34,208 nt of DNA from a virus. Its lineage: Duplodnaviria > Heunggongvirae > Uroviricota > Caudoviricetes. Made by a program: the position numbers and the translations under genes. Each line of letters begins with the position of its first letter. The first letter of the stretch is position 1. The stretch lies in IMG/VR virus record IMGVR_UViG_2778261511_000013; one strand, given 5' to 3'. The notes under the pieces were generated by a model. The model saw nothing but the letters and a program-made list of their open reading frames with translations. It did not search any database and was not told the origin of the DNA. This document shows positions 9,010 through 18,803 of this stretch, piece after piece.

Positions 9010-10997
9010 TAACCCACCCTCACCTGATTACTTCGCATGACCTGAGCATTTGCAGACTGTTGCCGACGTGCAACCTCATTACCGACAGCGTGCGGATCTC
9101 CACCACCGTAAATGTGGTAGGTATTTTGCTGGTTAACCTCTGTCATTTTGCCACTAATTCCCGCCACGGCAGCCTTATTAATCAGCTCTCGAGAATAGAT
9201 ATTTCTTCCATTTTCATGCTGGATAATGCTGCTCATCAATGCTGACATGGTTTGCGGATCGCTCATATTCAGGGCAGCCCGGGGATCCACTCCCAGTCGT
9301 TGCGATACAGCCCTGATATACGCAGTTGTGTTGTTATTATCAGACGCAGGTGCCCAGGTAGAGATAATTTTCTCCACACTGTTTATTCCCCGTCCGGCGT
9401 ACAGCATTAACTGACGAGCAAGAGCCCGTAATCCATCAAAAGCAGTTTCAAATCTGGCAAATCGCCCGCCCGGGCGTTCAAGAGAAGCCCCTGCCTGACC
9501 AGCAAAATTAAGGTTTCCCGGATTGTTATTCCGTTCTCCTCGTTTCGTAGCCTGTGCATATTGTTCCGGCTCATCATCACCAAACCAGCCGCGTACCGTC
9601 CGGCCCACACTGCGGGGATCGAATCCCCAGTGCTCTTTAATCCAGTCGGCAGTACTGTTAGCGCTGTCTGTAACCATCGGCATCGCTGACGGATTTTCGC
9701 TGCCCTGATTAAGTATCTGTTTGCCGATGATGACGGCATCAGCCCAGCGGCCATCTTTGATAGCGTTGAGCAGGTCGGCGATCATGTTCAGCATTTTGCT
9801 GAATTCGCCCATCTGGTCGATGAAGTTGCTGAAATCCCACTTCAGGGACCATGATTTTGGGTCAATATTGAGCAGTTTCGCCAGCGCTTTCGCCAGTTCA
9901 TTAACAGACCCTTTCAGGTCACGAACCATCTTCAGCGCGGCATCGACCTCCGGCTTCCACTTGCCCCAGTCAATCAGGCTGTCGCCGCCTTCCTTCCAGG
10001 TCTGATAGTCCTCCCACAGAAGGGCAATCCCCGCCGCCAGCGCGGTAATGAGACCAATCGGCGACATCCAGAACGTACTGTTCAGAATGCGCAGCGCAAT
10101 CGTCAGCGCGCCAAACAGCGAGATGAGCTCCCGCGTTTGCTTATCCAGCGATTGCCACCAGGTGATAAGGCTGGATGTTCCCTCAATTAGCCTGAAGAAC
10201 AGCCGCCCGATGATGTCTCCGATCGCCAGAATGCCTTTTATGGCTTTCGTCAGGGTCTGCTCGATACGAGGGAAGTTGTCCAGGATATGGCGGCGCAGGG
10301 TGTCCAGCGAACCCGCAAGCCCACCCGCAAGATTAGAGCCGATTTTGTCACGGGCCATGCCTGCCATCGCGCCGAACTCGCGCAGGGAGGTCATGAATTT
10401 GTTGGAGCTTCTGGCCGCCTCGTCAGCATTGAAGCCGATAGCTTTCGCCATTGCGCTGTACTGCCCGGAGAACCCCCCCACACCCCGGCGCATCGCCATA
10501 AGGGTATTTTCGTCAATGCCCAGCATCTGCGCATACTGGTTAGCCCGGTAATACGGCATGCTGCTGAGCTTCTGGCCGACGCCCGTAAAGATAGCGGCCA
10601 TGTCGCGCATGTTACCGCTGGCGTCACGGGTCTGTACCCCCAGACGATTCAGAAATCCCTCCGCCCCGGGGTTATTACGGATAAAACGGGCAAGGCTCTC
10701 CAGTGACCCGCGCGCAGCGTCCACGCTGCCGCCAACCTGCGAAACCGCATAGCCAATAGACTGAATTCCCTGGACTGTCGCGCCGGTGCGCTGTGACGCC
10801 CAGTAAAGATTATCCAGGCCGGAGGCGATCTTAGCCGTGAAGGCCACCACGGACAGCGCAGCTCCTTCAACGGCCAGTCCCATTTTGATGACATTTGCAG
10901 TTGTACCGGCGAGGACAGAACCGAACTTTTTCGCTCCTGCATCATCCACACTGAAGCCAAGCGAGACGAGGAAATCTTTAATAGTTTCAGCGTTCAT
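9009..10997 (-). CDS. tail tape measure protein
   Basis: About 660 aa, Ala/Gly-rich with predicted helical and hydrophobic segments; start MNAETIKD at 10997 overlaps the stop of the frameshifted chaperone extension. Confidence 0.75.
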   Translation of the reverse strand: MNAETIKDFLVSLGFSVDDAGAKKFGSVLAGTTANVIKMGLAVEGAALSVVAFTAKIASGLDNLYWASQRTGATVQGIQSIGYAVSQVGGSVDAARGSLESLARFIRNNPGAEGFLNRLGVQTRDASGNMRDMAAIFTGVGQKLSSMPYYRANQYAQMLGIDENTLMAMRRGVGGFSGQYSAMAKAIGFNADEAARSSNKFMTSLREFGAMAGMARDKIGSNLAGGLAGSLDTLRRHILDNFPRIEQTLTKAIKGILAIGDIIGRLFFRLIEGTSSLITWWQSLDKQTRELISLFGALTIALRILNSTFWMSPIGLITALAAGIALLWEDYQTWKEGGDSLIDWGKWKPEVDAALKMVRDLKGSVNELAKALAKLLNIDPKSWSLKWDFSNFIDQMGEFSKMLNMIADLLNAIKDGRWADAVIIGKQILNQGSENPSAMPMVTDSANSTADWIKEHWGFDPRSVGRTVRGWFGDDEPEQYAQATKRGERNNNPGNLNFAGQAGASLERPGGRFARFETAFDGLRALARQLMLYAGRGINSVEKIISTWAPASDNNNTTAYIRAVSQRLGVDPRAALNMSDPQTMSALMSSIIQHENGRNIYSRELINKAAVAGISGKMTEVNQQNTYHIYGGGDPHAVGNEVARRQQSANAQVMRSNQVRVG

Positions 10998-11232
10998 TAT
11001 CCTCTCTCCATTTCTCAATGCGCCGCTGGTTATCCGCTTTTACCGCCAGATGGTCATTCAAGAGAGCAATGTCATACAAATCGACAGAGCCATCTTTAAG
11101 TGCTGTATAGGGAATTAACCCGGCGTCAACCGGATTGAGAAGGTAGGACAGCCCGTCCGGCAGGCTGTTAAACGTCAGCCCTGTTGCAGGCTCTGCGTCG
11201 TGCTGGTAAGGGGTGTAGGCAAAAAATTTCCC
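10987..11232 (-). CDS. -1 frameshift extension of the tail assembly chaperone (lambda G-T analogue)
   Basis: Tandem slippery heptamers G_GGA_AAT and T_TTT_TTG (minus strand 11232-11220) in the zero frame, 17 codons before the chaperone stop; the -1 frame stays open for about 79 codons and ends with TGA overlapping the tape-measure ATG. Confidence 0.55.
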   Translation of the reverse strand, partial: GKFFAYTPYQHDAEPATGLTFNSLPDGLSYLLNPVDAGLIPYTALKDGSVDLYDIALLNDHLAVKADNQRRIEKWREDNER

Positions 11233-11627
11233 AGCGAATCGGCGACCACCCGCGCCACCAGATGAAGCATGACCAGCAAGTCAATATCATCAAACATCAG
11301 TTCGCCCTGGGTAAATACCGGAACCCATCCGTCCATATGACGCCGCGACACCACCGCAAGACAGGGATGAATAATCGCATCGGTGTCATCTTCGGTCAGG
11401 GAAGACAGTTCCTCAGCGATACGCGGGAGCATGGTTTCAAACACCGGTTTTAACTGCTCGAATTTCACGGTGTCGATTTTGCCGTCAGCAGGCAAACGGG
11501 AGCGAATGCTCCCGAAATCTGACATCATTCCCGCCAGTACCGGCAGAAGTTTGCGGGTCACTTTCAGCTGGTCAAAAACGCTGAGTTTTGCCACGCGATA
11601 TTTCACGCCTTTGATTTCGAATTCCAT
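11175..11627 (-). CDS. tail assembly chaperone (zero-frame product)
   Basis: 150 aa between the tube and tape-measure genes; carries the slippery site near its 3' end. Confidence 0.6.
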   Translation of the reverse strand: MEFEIKGVKYRVAKLSVFDQLKVTRKLLPVLAGMMSDFGSIRSRLPADGKIDTVKFEQLKPVFETMLPRIAEELSSLTEDDTDAIIHPCLAVVSRRHMDGWVPVFTQGELMFDDIDLLVMLHLVARVVADSLGNFLPTPLTSTTQSLQQG

Positions 11628-11630
11628 GCA

Positions 11631-12071
11631 TTAAAACTCCCCGAGAACCTGGTCAATCTTGCCGCAGTCAAACACCCACGGCATCGTATTACCGGTTTTA
11701 GCGTTGGCGTTATCCGGTTGTTTCTGGAACGCAACACTGCGTGCCGTGATGATGTCGCCGCTGACCTTGTTGCGGATCACGATAACGTTATTCCCCCATG
11801 TGGCAGAAGACTGGCTCTGTGCGTTATACGCCAGCGACAATTTTTTATTTGTCGATGATGTCTTCAGAAGGTTAACGGTAATCGTCCCGCTTTTATCTGC
11901 ATGGAGACTGTGCATCACTTCGCCATCAGCACCGATGGTCATGGTGTTTTTAGGACCGCCCATCGCAACCACAATCCCCTCTTCAGAACTTGCAGAACCG
12001 TACCCGAGGTCAATCGAACCGGTCGGGCCGGTCAGCGTCGCAGTGACATCCATAAAAGAATAGGTAGACAT
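11631..12071 (-). CDS. tail tube protein
   Basis: 146 aa directly downstream of the sheath-sized gene. Confidence 0.5.
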   Translation of the reverse strand: MSTYSFMDVTATLTGPTGSIDLGYGSASSEEGIVVAMGGPKNTMTIGADGEVMHSLHADKSGTITVNLLKTSSTNKKLSLAYNAQSQSSATWGNNVIVIRNKVSGDIITARSVAFQKQPDNANAKTGNTMPWVFDCGKIDQVLGEF

Positions 12072-12081
12072 TCACTTCCCC

Positions 12082-13227
12082 TTAGCGAACAACGTTAATC
12101 TGTACGTCAGCGTAATGAACCGCGCCTGCAAGTTTTATTGCAGCCTGAATCACCGGAGCCTTACGGGCTTCACGTTCTGATTGTGCCTGTTCATCCAGCG
12201 GCTGGGCGTATACGTAATAACCTTTGGGCAGCGTGTCACCTGATGACAACTGACCAAGGTCGCCACCGTTCCATACGCCCGGAGCAATCAGTCCATTCTG
12301 AACGGCCTGATCCAGTGATTTTTCAACATTTGATAACAGTCGGGTAATACCGGCTTCAGTCTGGGGAACCTTCGTGGTGCTGGTATAAAGCAGGTTATAG
12401 AGGTTGGTCTGCACATAATTCTGTAACCAGTCCAGGCCGTGGCGTTCATCAAAGAAATCGCCGTTAGCCATCACTCCCTGCTGGAGGATAGCTGTATCAT
12501 TCTGGTAGTACACGAACACATTGCAGTTTTTTGCATCAAGTGCCGATGCCTGGCTGACTGTCAGTGTTTCATACCCGACACCCGGCTCCTGCTTAAACTT
12601 GAGCGTAATCGCGGTATTACTGCCATTGAAATTAACCGTGAATGCCCGGCCAAATGCAGATAACGCAGCGTATTTACTACCCGATGAATATTGAATAAAA
12701 CTGCGTGAATATCCGGCGGTTTTCAGTTTTGATGCCAAATCATCGCTGGATGCAGTCTGCAGGCATTTCTCATCGCTTGTCGTAATCGCCAGAATACGGC
12801 TTACAGAAGAGGATTCGATCGCCGCAGCCACTTTCAGCCAGTCTGCATCCGGAATATCTTCATCGTCTGCAATCCCCAGCCCATACCATGAAGTATAATC
12901 GAGCATGGCATTCACAGCCTGCTCCAGCGTCTCAGGCGTGGCCTGTTCGCTGTCTCCCTTCGTTTTCACCCAACGACCAACAAAAACCTCCTGAGGTTTC
13001 GGTGATTGAGAGAAAAACACCTGCGCAGCCTTATATTCTGGTGATTCCACGCCAAAATCTTTTCCAATATCTTCCGCGGCAGAATAACGGCGAATGCGCT
13101 CACTTACCGGAATGATTGTGGACGGGCCGAGAATGAGTAATGCACCAAAATTTCGCCCTGATGCTGCACGCGGCGACATGATCACATCAACATTAACAAC
13201 GTTTGATACAGGCAAGCCCTGTGCCAT
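12082..13227 (-). CDS. tail sheath protein (putative)
   Basis: 381 aa preceding the tube gene in a tail with J/W/V baseplate genes, which implies a contractile tail. Confidence 0.45.
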   Translation of the reverse strand: MAQGLPVSNVVNVDVIMSPRAASGRNFGALLILGPSTIIPVSERIRRYSAAEDIGKDFGVESPEYKAAQVFFSQSPKPQEVFVGRWVKTKGDSEQATPETLEQAVNAMLDYTSWYGLGIADDEDIPDADWLKVAAAIESSSVSRILAITTSDEKCLQTASSDDLASKLKTAGYSRSFIQYSSGSKYAALSAFGRAFTVNFNGSNTAITLKFKQEPGVGYETLTVSQASALDAKNCNVFVYYQNDTAILQQGVMANGDFFDERHGLDWLQNYVQTNLYNLLYTSTTKVPQTEAGITRLLSNVEKSLDQAVQNGLIAPGVWNGGDLGQLSSGDTLPKGYYVYAQPLDEQAQSEREARKAPVIQAAIKLAGAVHYADVQINVVR

Positions 13228-13230
13228 AGC

Positions 13231-13839
13231 TTAATCTCCGAAAAAGATGACTGGTGCTTCCACCAGCGATTTAATACCGTACTCGCGCACAACCTTCCGG
13301 CGCAGACGCACCGTCATATCGTAGCGGCGGACCCATTGCTGATTAATAAGTTCAGGGAAGGGAGTCAGACCTGTGTAATCGCCAAGAGACAGCCCCAGCG
13401 CATTCAGTGCTGCGTTGTTCTGCGGTACAGATATACCGTCACGAAACCGGGACGCATACACCATCCCCGCCGGACCATAAAACGAAGCCATACACTCAAT
13501 CGTTTCATGCCGCCAGAGCTGAGAGCCATCATCGGTCTGTCTGGTGAATGCCGGACTGTCATCACCTGACCATCCGATAACCCCAAACGCACACCAGTTC
13601 GTTTCAGCCGGTAGCAGTGGCGGTTGCTCTTTCTGCCAGCGCGGACGAACCATCCCGGCAGACAGACCGGAAACGTTACGCATCCACTGGCTTAACAGCC
13701 TGTCGAGCGCTTCGTCATAATCCGGATCGCCACTGGTTGGTATCAGCCATCCGCGCTCTGTGCTGGTGTTATTGCTCAACCGGAATTCCCCCATCAAACG
13801 GCAGCAACTCACAATGCGCCTGAACGAATCCGGCACCAT
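13231..13839 (-). CDS. neck/tail completion protein (putative)
   Basis: 202 aa between head-tail joining genes and the sheath. Confidence 0.35.
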   Translation of the reverse strand: MVPDSFRRIVSCCRLMGEFRLSNNTSTERGWLIPTSGDPDYDEALDRLLSQWMRNVSGLSAGMVRPRWQKEQPPLLPAETNWCAFGVIGWSGDDSPAFTRQTDDGSQLWRHETIECMASFYGPAGMVYASRFRDGISVPQNNAALNALGLSLGDYTGLTPFPELINQQWVRRYDMTVRLRRKVVREYGIKSLVEAPVIFFGD

Positions 13840-14158
13840 ACGCTGTATACGGGTCGACGAAAGTCACACGATAATCACGGCCCTGATACGTCACGATATC
13901 GGCATCACGGCCAGTCTGTCCCTGCGTCAGTCGCTCAGTCGTCACAATCAGAATTGCACCACTGATTACCTGCCCGGCCTGCATACGACGGTTTTCCAGA
14001 GAGCGATCAACAGTTACGACTCCGGCAAACTGCTTTTTAACTTCGCTGTCGCTGCCGATCCCGTCCTCATCCACCGTTTGCACACGGCGTGTTACCCACA
14101 AATTGAAGTCGCAAAAATCGGGGTCAAAAAGCACATCTGTTACATCAAGAGTCGGCAT
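13769..14158 (-). CDS. head-tail joining protein (putative)
   Basis: 129-aa ORF in the head-tail connector region. Confidence 0.35.
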   Translation of the reverse strand: MPTLDVTDVLFDPDFCDFNLWVTRRVQTVDEDGIGSDSEVKKQFAGVVTVDRSLENRRMQAGQVISGAILIVTTERLTQGQTGRDADIVTYQGRDYRVTFVDPYTAYGAGFVQAHCELLPFDGGIPVEQ

Positions 14159-14699
14159 TTTTATCCCTCACAACATGGGTAATCGCTCTGCGATATTGCC
14201 CGGTGTCAATTAATGGTTTCGCCAGTTCGGTTCCCGGGGATTCGCCAGCAGCACGCCGGGCAAGTTCCAGTGTTGCCCCCTTGCGCCCCCGACGAGCCCG
14301 GGCTTCAACAGTACTGTCAGCAAGCGGCGTAAAGCCGGTAATGGTCATGTAACGCCTGACGCCATTAGCCGCCAGTGTTCCGGCACGGTTGAGTGCGCGT
14401 TCTGCTCCCGCAGCATTACCATCAAGTGCAGCCTGCGCCGCGACTTTGAGCTGCGGCACCGTCTGCTCTTCTGCCGATTTAACGCCGGGAACCAGGTGAG
14501 GTCGTGGCGGGATGTTCTGCTCTGGTGAGCCGTATTCGTTGAGGTAACCGATGCCCGCATTACCAAACGGAACATCATCCCGCCTGCTGTCTTCCGAAGG
14601 GATGCCGACCAGCACATCTTTTTTGGTTAACGACCTGAGCGCATCCAGAATGGCCTTAGCGTTATCCACCCTCGTTGTTACACCGCTTTTGAAACTCAT
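14145..14699 (-). CDS. head-tail adaptor / head completion protein (putative)
   Basis: 184 aa; position. Confidence 0.35.
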   Translation of the reverse strand: MSFKSGVTTRVDNAKAILDALRSLTKKDVLVGIPSEDSRRDDVPFGNAGIGYLNEYGSPEQNIPPRPHLVPGVKSAEEQTVPQLKVAAQAALDGNAAGAERALNRAGTLAANGVRRYMTITGFTPLADSTVEARARRGRKGATLELARRAAGESPGTELAKPLIDTGQYRRAITHVVRDKNADS

Positions 14700-15103
14700 A
14701 GCTGGCGACCACCTGCACCGAACATCGTGATCAACTGATAAAATTCAGCGCCATATCGGGTGTTATTCCAGAAACCTGCATCAGGATTCAGCGTCGCGCT
14801 GGTGTCATAACTGACGCTTACCTTATCCACGGACTTTGAGGACTGAACACCATTGGTTGAACCGCCCGGACCACCAGCCAGCATCGCCCGACTGTCTGCC
14901 GCCCAGAGCGTCATGTAGTGCGCAACGAACAACCCGGCAAAGTACGGAAACAACTTTTTGCCGGTGACGTTTTCGCTCAGCAGTTCATCGGCCAGATTCA
15001 GACGAAACTGGATTTGCGCTTCGGGATATTTGGCAGGGTCAGCAAACTGCGGGAAGTCGCGGCGAAAATCACTTACCGCTGGCAGACTTTGATTCTTTGG
15101 CAT
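14696..15103 (-). CDS. head-tail connector protein (putative)
   Basis: 135 aa; position after the capsid genes. Confidence 0.35.
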   Translation of the reverse strand: MPKNQSLPAVSDFRRDFPQFADPAKYPEAQIQFRLNLADELLSENVTGKKLFPYFAGLFVAHYMTLWAADSRAMLAGGPGGSTNGVQSSKSVDKVSVSYDTSATLNPDAGFWNNTRYGAEFYQLITMFGAGGRQL

Positions 15104-15290
15104 TTTTTACCTCGTTACGCGCGTCTGTGGCTTTGCCAACGGATACTTCCGCGTGCGCACGAGTGAACCAGTGCGTGGCAACGTCTTCCTCCACAGCATG
15201 ACGGCCTTTAACAAACTCGCGCCGTGAACCGTCGGGAAGCGTGAGCACAAACGGGGTATGTACGTGTATTACTGCATTATTTTTTGCCAT
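15069..15290 (-). CDS. small head-associated protein (73 aa)
   Basis: SD AAGGATGA precedes the ATG at 15290; immediately downstream of the capsid gene and a hairpin. Confidence 0.35.
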   Translation of the reverse strand: MAKNNAVIHVHTPFVLTLPDGSRREFVKGRHAVEEDVATHWFTRAHAEVSVGKATDARNEVKNAKESKSASGK

Positions 15291-15331
15291 CGGGTCATCC
15301 TTAATGGCCCCGCCAGGGGGCCATGTGGCTG

Positions 15332-16273
15332 TTAAATGCCATCAACGTACGAAATGGTTTCTTTGTACACTGGCTCAACCGCACCCAGCTTGCCGTAGTA
15401 AGTGACGATCTGATACAGACCGCGATACTGCACCGGCACGCTCTGAAGCGGAACCAGCGGGTAGCGGACGTATTTTTTATCGTTGGTGTACGCAACCATG
15501 CGATCCTTTTTCCCCACACCACGGCCTTTCAGCCATTTAACCGCGCGGATATTCAGCGGAACACCGTTCTGGTGATAGCTGATGGTGTTGGTCTGAAGAT
15601 ACGTCAACAGGGACTGGTTACCCGCAGATGAAACGATGATGCTGGACAACAGAGCAAACTGCTCAGGCGGGATCAGCAAATCACGCGGAACCACAGAGTA
15701 ACCGGAAGCGGCCCACGCATCAGACAGCACCTGGTTAATGCTTGCGCGGATTTCGTCCGGTGTTGAGGTTGCCCACGTTTTGGCAGCGTTGTTGACAGGC
15801 ACGCCGTCCAGGGTAACAAGGCCTTTCAGGTTTAATGCGGAATCGCCAACATATACCTGTTCATCGTTATCCATCTGCCATTTCAGTTGCATACCGTCAT
15901 ACTTCTGCGTATCAATCGGGCGGCCGACCTGCTGAGCAGCCTGCAATTCTATGACCGTCCAGCCAAGTTCCATCCCCCACAGGTTCAGCGGGTTACCGGA
16001 TTTGCCGATATCCACGTTCACGCCAGCAATAGCGGTTGAGTCTTTGCCTACCCAGTTTTTGCCATTCGGATTTGCACCAGTACCCGCAGCGGCGAAGCTG
16101 GTATTCGTCCAGCTGGAAATGTCATCTGCGATAGAGACATCTTCACGCAACTGAATATCGCGGGTCCAGGTGTACCCCACCAGTGGCAGGTTCAGCGTCT
16201 GGTCGAGTCGCTCCAGCTCCCCGATGAGAAAGGCACCAGAGCTGTCAACGGTTGCCTGATCAAAAGTAATCAT
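15332..16273 (-). CDS. major capsid protein (putative)
   Basis: 313 aa following the protease/scaffold and decoration-like genes; followed by a GC hairpin at 15302-15320. Confidence 0.55.
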   Translation of the reverse strand: MITFDQATVDSSGAFLIGELERLDQTLNLPLVGYTWTRDIQLREDVSIADDISSWTNTSFAAAGTGANPNGKNWVGKDSTAIAGVNVDIGKSGNPLNLWGMELGWTVIELQAAQQVGRPIDTQKYDGMQLKWQMDNDEQVYVGDSALNLKGLVTLDGVPVNNAAKTWATSTPDEIRASINQVLSDAWAASGYSVVPRDLLIPPEQFALLSSIIVSSAGNQSLLTYLQTNTISYHQNGVPLNIRAVKWLKGRGVGKKDRMVAYTNDKKYVRYPLVPLQSVPVQYRGLYQIVTYYGKLGAVEPVYKETISYVDGI

Positions 16274-16284
16274 TCGTCTGTTCC

Positions 16285-16791
16285 TTAAATCTTCCAGGAA
16301 ATTTCTGCATTGCCGTCAGCATCACCGGCACCTGTGAATTCAGCGTTGGTCAGCACCACGTTTTTGCCACTGACTGACGTGGACATGAATCCACCCAGCG
16401 GCACTTTGATGGATTCATCAGTGGAGACGACAACGTATACCGGGTCGCCTTTTTTGATGGTGCTGGCATCAAAATCAGAACCGAGATTAACGGTCACGTA
16501 GCCACGCTTCATGGCGTCGCCCGGGAAGTTCTTGCCAGTCCCCACCTGGCGAACCATGTCCGGCTGCGAAGTGGTCGGATAAGGGCGCACGTAGATCCCC
16601 TTCACCTTGTCTGCGGTATCACCATCTGCCAGCGGCACGAAAAAACCGTCATCATCGTATTTACCAGCCAGGCCATAGGCAGCGAAGGCGTTATCGGATT
16701 TAAGGACCACCGGTTCGACGGTTAAGTCCTGCGGGCGAGAGACAGCCCCGGCAATGCCAACAGGCATCCGGTACAGAAATACATTATTCAT
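16285..16791 (-). CDS. head structural/decoration protein (putative)
   Basis: 168 aa between the protease/scaffold and capsid genes. Confidence 0.4.
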   Translation of the reverse strand: MNNVFLYRMPVGIAGAVSRPQDLTVEPVVLKSDNAFAAYGLAGKYDDDGFFVPLADGDTADKVKGIYVRPYPTTSQPDMVRQVGTGKNFPGDAMKRGYVTVNLGSDFDASTIKKGDPVYVVVSTDESIKVPLGGFMSTSVSGKNVVLTNAEFTGAGDADGNAEISWKI

Positions 16792-16794
16792 TTT

Positions 16795-18015
16795 TTACCC
16801 TTTACGGTTTGCCCAGAATTCAGCGTTTTGTTTGTTCAGGGAAGCGATACTGGTCATGCCCATGTTTAGGCGCTGTGCATCGCCGGTGGTGGCGCGGGTG
16901 TTTCGCCCTTTGGCAATCTCAGACACGGCATTAAACGCCATGTCGACCGATTGTTTCGGCAATTTGCGGATATCCGCATCACCGACTATCTGGCGAACCA
17001 GCGTTTTGTCAGCAGAAGCCAGAACCTCGCGTTTGAACGCGGTCGGTTTCATCTTACGGCTCAGATCGATACCCGGAACGATAACTTCGGCACGCCAGGC
17101 TGAGTCACCAGTAATCGTGGTTTCCTCTTCATCGTCCTCGCCGTCACCGGTTGGATTATCGTCAGGCTTATTATCGTTATCGCCCGTCGCATTTCCTTCC
17201 AGCTTAGCCAGCAGGGATTTCAGTAATGTTTTGAGGTCATCATCACTGTCGCCGGTAGGACCTCCGCCCATCTCTGGTGCTTTGTCCGGTAGTGGTTGCT
17301 GCGGGGACAGGTTGATGTTGAGATTAACGCCCTGCGGCAAATCCCCCTCATCTCCTGTAACCGATGCGGGAGCCGACTCCACCAGTTCGTTCATGGTGTC
17401 GGCATCTCCTGTCTTGATGGCTGCACGCATGCGGTTCCACCAGTTTTTCTTTTGATTTGCCATTGTGTCTCTGTCTCCAATTGCACAACGATTTCCGGCT
17501 CTGCCTTTGGGGACAAGAGCCACATGGTTTCCGGTAATATCGACCTGCTCGGCTTTACCTGGCTCGGTCTGCTCATACTCCGCGTCATAGCCGCACGACA
17601 CTTCGCGCAGGCCATCTTCGATAAGCTGAATGGCGCTTTCGTCTTTGACGATAAGGTCAGCCAGCATCAAATCAGACTGCTCACCCGTCCCGCGCCGGAC
17701 ATTCTGGAGGTGCCCGACAGCAAGCTCTTTCCAGTTCTCGGGATTTACCAGCCGCACATTCCCGTTTTCATCTTCAGGATGCAGGATCGTGATGCTCATC
17801 CCTTCGAATGAGGCAAGCGTGGCCGGATGGAATACCTGCTCAGGAGAACGTGTGACGACTATTTCACCGAACTTATCGGGTTTCAGTTTTGGCAGGTCAT
17901 CAGCACCATAGAGCTGCTTACCTGTTCGTCCTATCGGCACGTCTTTGCACAGCAACGAGCCGTCAGCCAGCTGATAGCGGGTTTCCCCCAGCCGGGTATT
18001 GAAAAAATATTTCAT
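16795..18015 (-). CDS. head maturation protease / scaffolding protein (putative fusion)
   Basis: 406 aa; globular N-terminal part followed by a long acidic, low-complexity, helix-prone C-terminal region typical of scaffolds. Confidence 0.45.
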   Translation of the reverse strand: MKYFFNTRLGETRYQLADGSLLCKDVPIGRTGKQLYGADDLPKLKPDKFGEIVVTRSPEQVFHPATLASFEGMSITILHPEDENGNVRLVNPENWKELAVGHLQNVRRGTGEQSDLMLADLIVKDESAIQLIEDGLREVSCGYDAEYEQTEPGKAEQVDITGNHVALVPKGRAGNRCAIGDRDTMANQKKNWWNRMRAAIKTGDADTMNELVESAPASVTGDEGDLPQGVNLNINLSPQQPLPDKAPEMGGGPTGDSDDDLKTLLKSLLAKLEGNATGDNDNKPDDNPTGDGEDDEEETTITGDSAWRAEVIVPGIDLSRKMKPTAFKREVLASADKTLVRQIVGDADIRKLPKQSVDMAFNAVSEIAKGRNTRATTGDAQRLNMGMTSIASLNKQNAEFWANRKG

Positions 18016-18029
18016 GTGTTACCTGCGAT

Positions 18030-18803
18030 TCAGGCGGGATAAGAATGGGAGGAGGGAAAAACGATTTCTTTATAACAGCGACAATTCGGGAGCTCGCCAG
18101 CGTGACCGGTCATGCCATCAAGCGTTGGAGGTTTGCCCCATTCGACAAATTTACCTTCCATTTCCCGATGAGAATGCCTGACGTCACCATCTTCGGCTGT
18201 ACGCCAGATATAACCATTCGAACCAATTGACAGCGCACGTGCCTGATCCAGCGCGCCGGTTGCACGTCCAAGTTCAGTACGGGCAATCAGGTCAGCTCTG
18301 GACTTTGCTATATCACCCGATGCTGCAATTTCTTTAGCAAAATGTTCTGCTCTCCCACCGGTCACAACAGCTTCTATCGCCCGATTCTGGATGTCGTACA
18401 CCCTGTCAGCCGCCTCGAGGGGGAGCGATTTGATGTACTTGACCTGTTCGGCGATGATGGATTGCATCACCTGCCCTGGCGGGGCACTGTTTACCAGATT
18501 GCGTAGCTCACGGCTGATGGTTTTGCTGTGTTTACGCCACTGCTCATCATTCTTGCGCACAATATCGGCGGTAAAGTTTTCCGCGACCTTTGTCGCCCAG
18601 GGGGTGATGATTTCACTGTAGCGTTCCAGCGCCTCAATAATTTCCGTGATACTGTCATTTGAACCATCGTAGTGACCATTTACGATGTCCCCGACCGCCC
18701 GCGCTATCCTGCGTAGGCTGGTTCGATACCGGATTTCCGCCTGACGGTTCCTGCGGTTCGTCATCAGGTTCGCCGATGCCGGGCGGCGCTTCATCTTCGG
18801 CAT
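18030..18803 (-). CDS. head morphogenesis protein (Mu F / SPP1 gp7-like)
   Basis: 257 aa directly downstream of the portal; the ORF overlaps the portal 3' end by about 150 nt, so the true start is uncertain. Confidence 0.5.
   Translation of the reverse strand: MPKMKRRPASANLMTNRRNRQAEIRYRTSLRRIARAVGDIVNGHYDGSNDSITEIIEALERYSEIITPWATKVAENFTADIVRKNDEQWRKHSKTISRELRNLVNSAPPGQVMQSIIAEQVKYIKSLPLEAADRVYDIQNRAIEAVVTGGRAEHFAKEIAASGDIAKSRADLIARTELGRATGALDQARALSIGSNGYIWRTAEDGDVRHSHREMEGKFVEWGKPPTLDGMTGHAGELPNCRCYKEIVFPSSHSYPA

Noticed and set aside
10048-10960. Several + and - strand ORFs inside the tape-measure gene
   Set aside because: Shadow ORFs of the GC-rich tape-measure gene; Arg/Ser/Pro-rich composition and no SD.
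15301-15522. - strand 73-aa ORF
   Set aside because: Lies inside the 3' end of the major capsid gene in another frame.
16754-17455. + strand 233-aa ORF
   Set aside because: Antisense to the protease/scaffold gene; Ser/Pro-rich low complexity.
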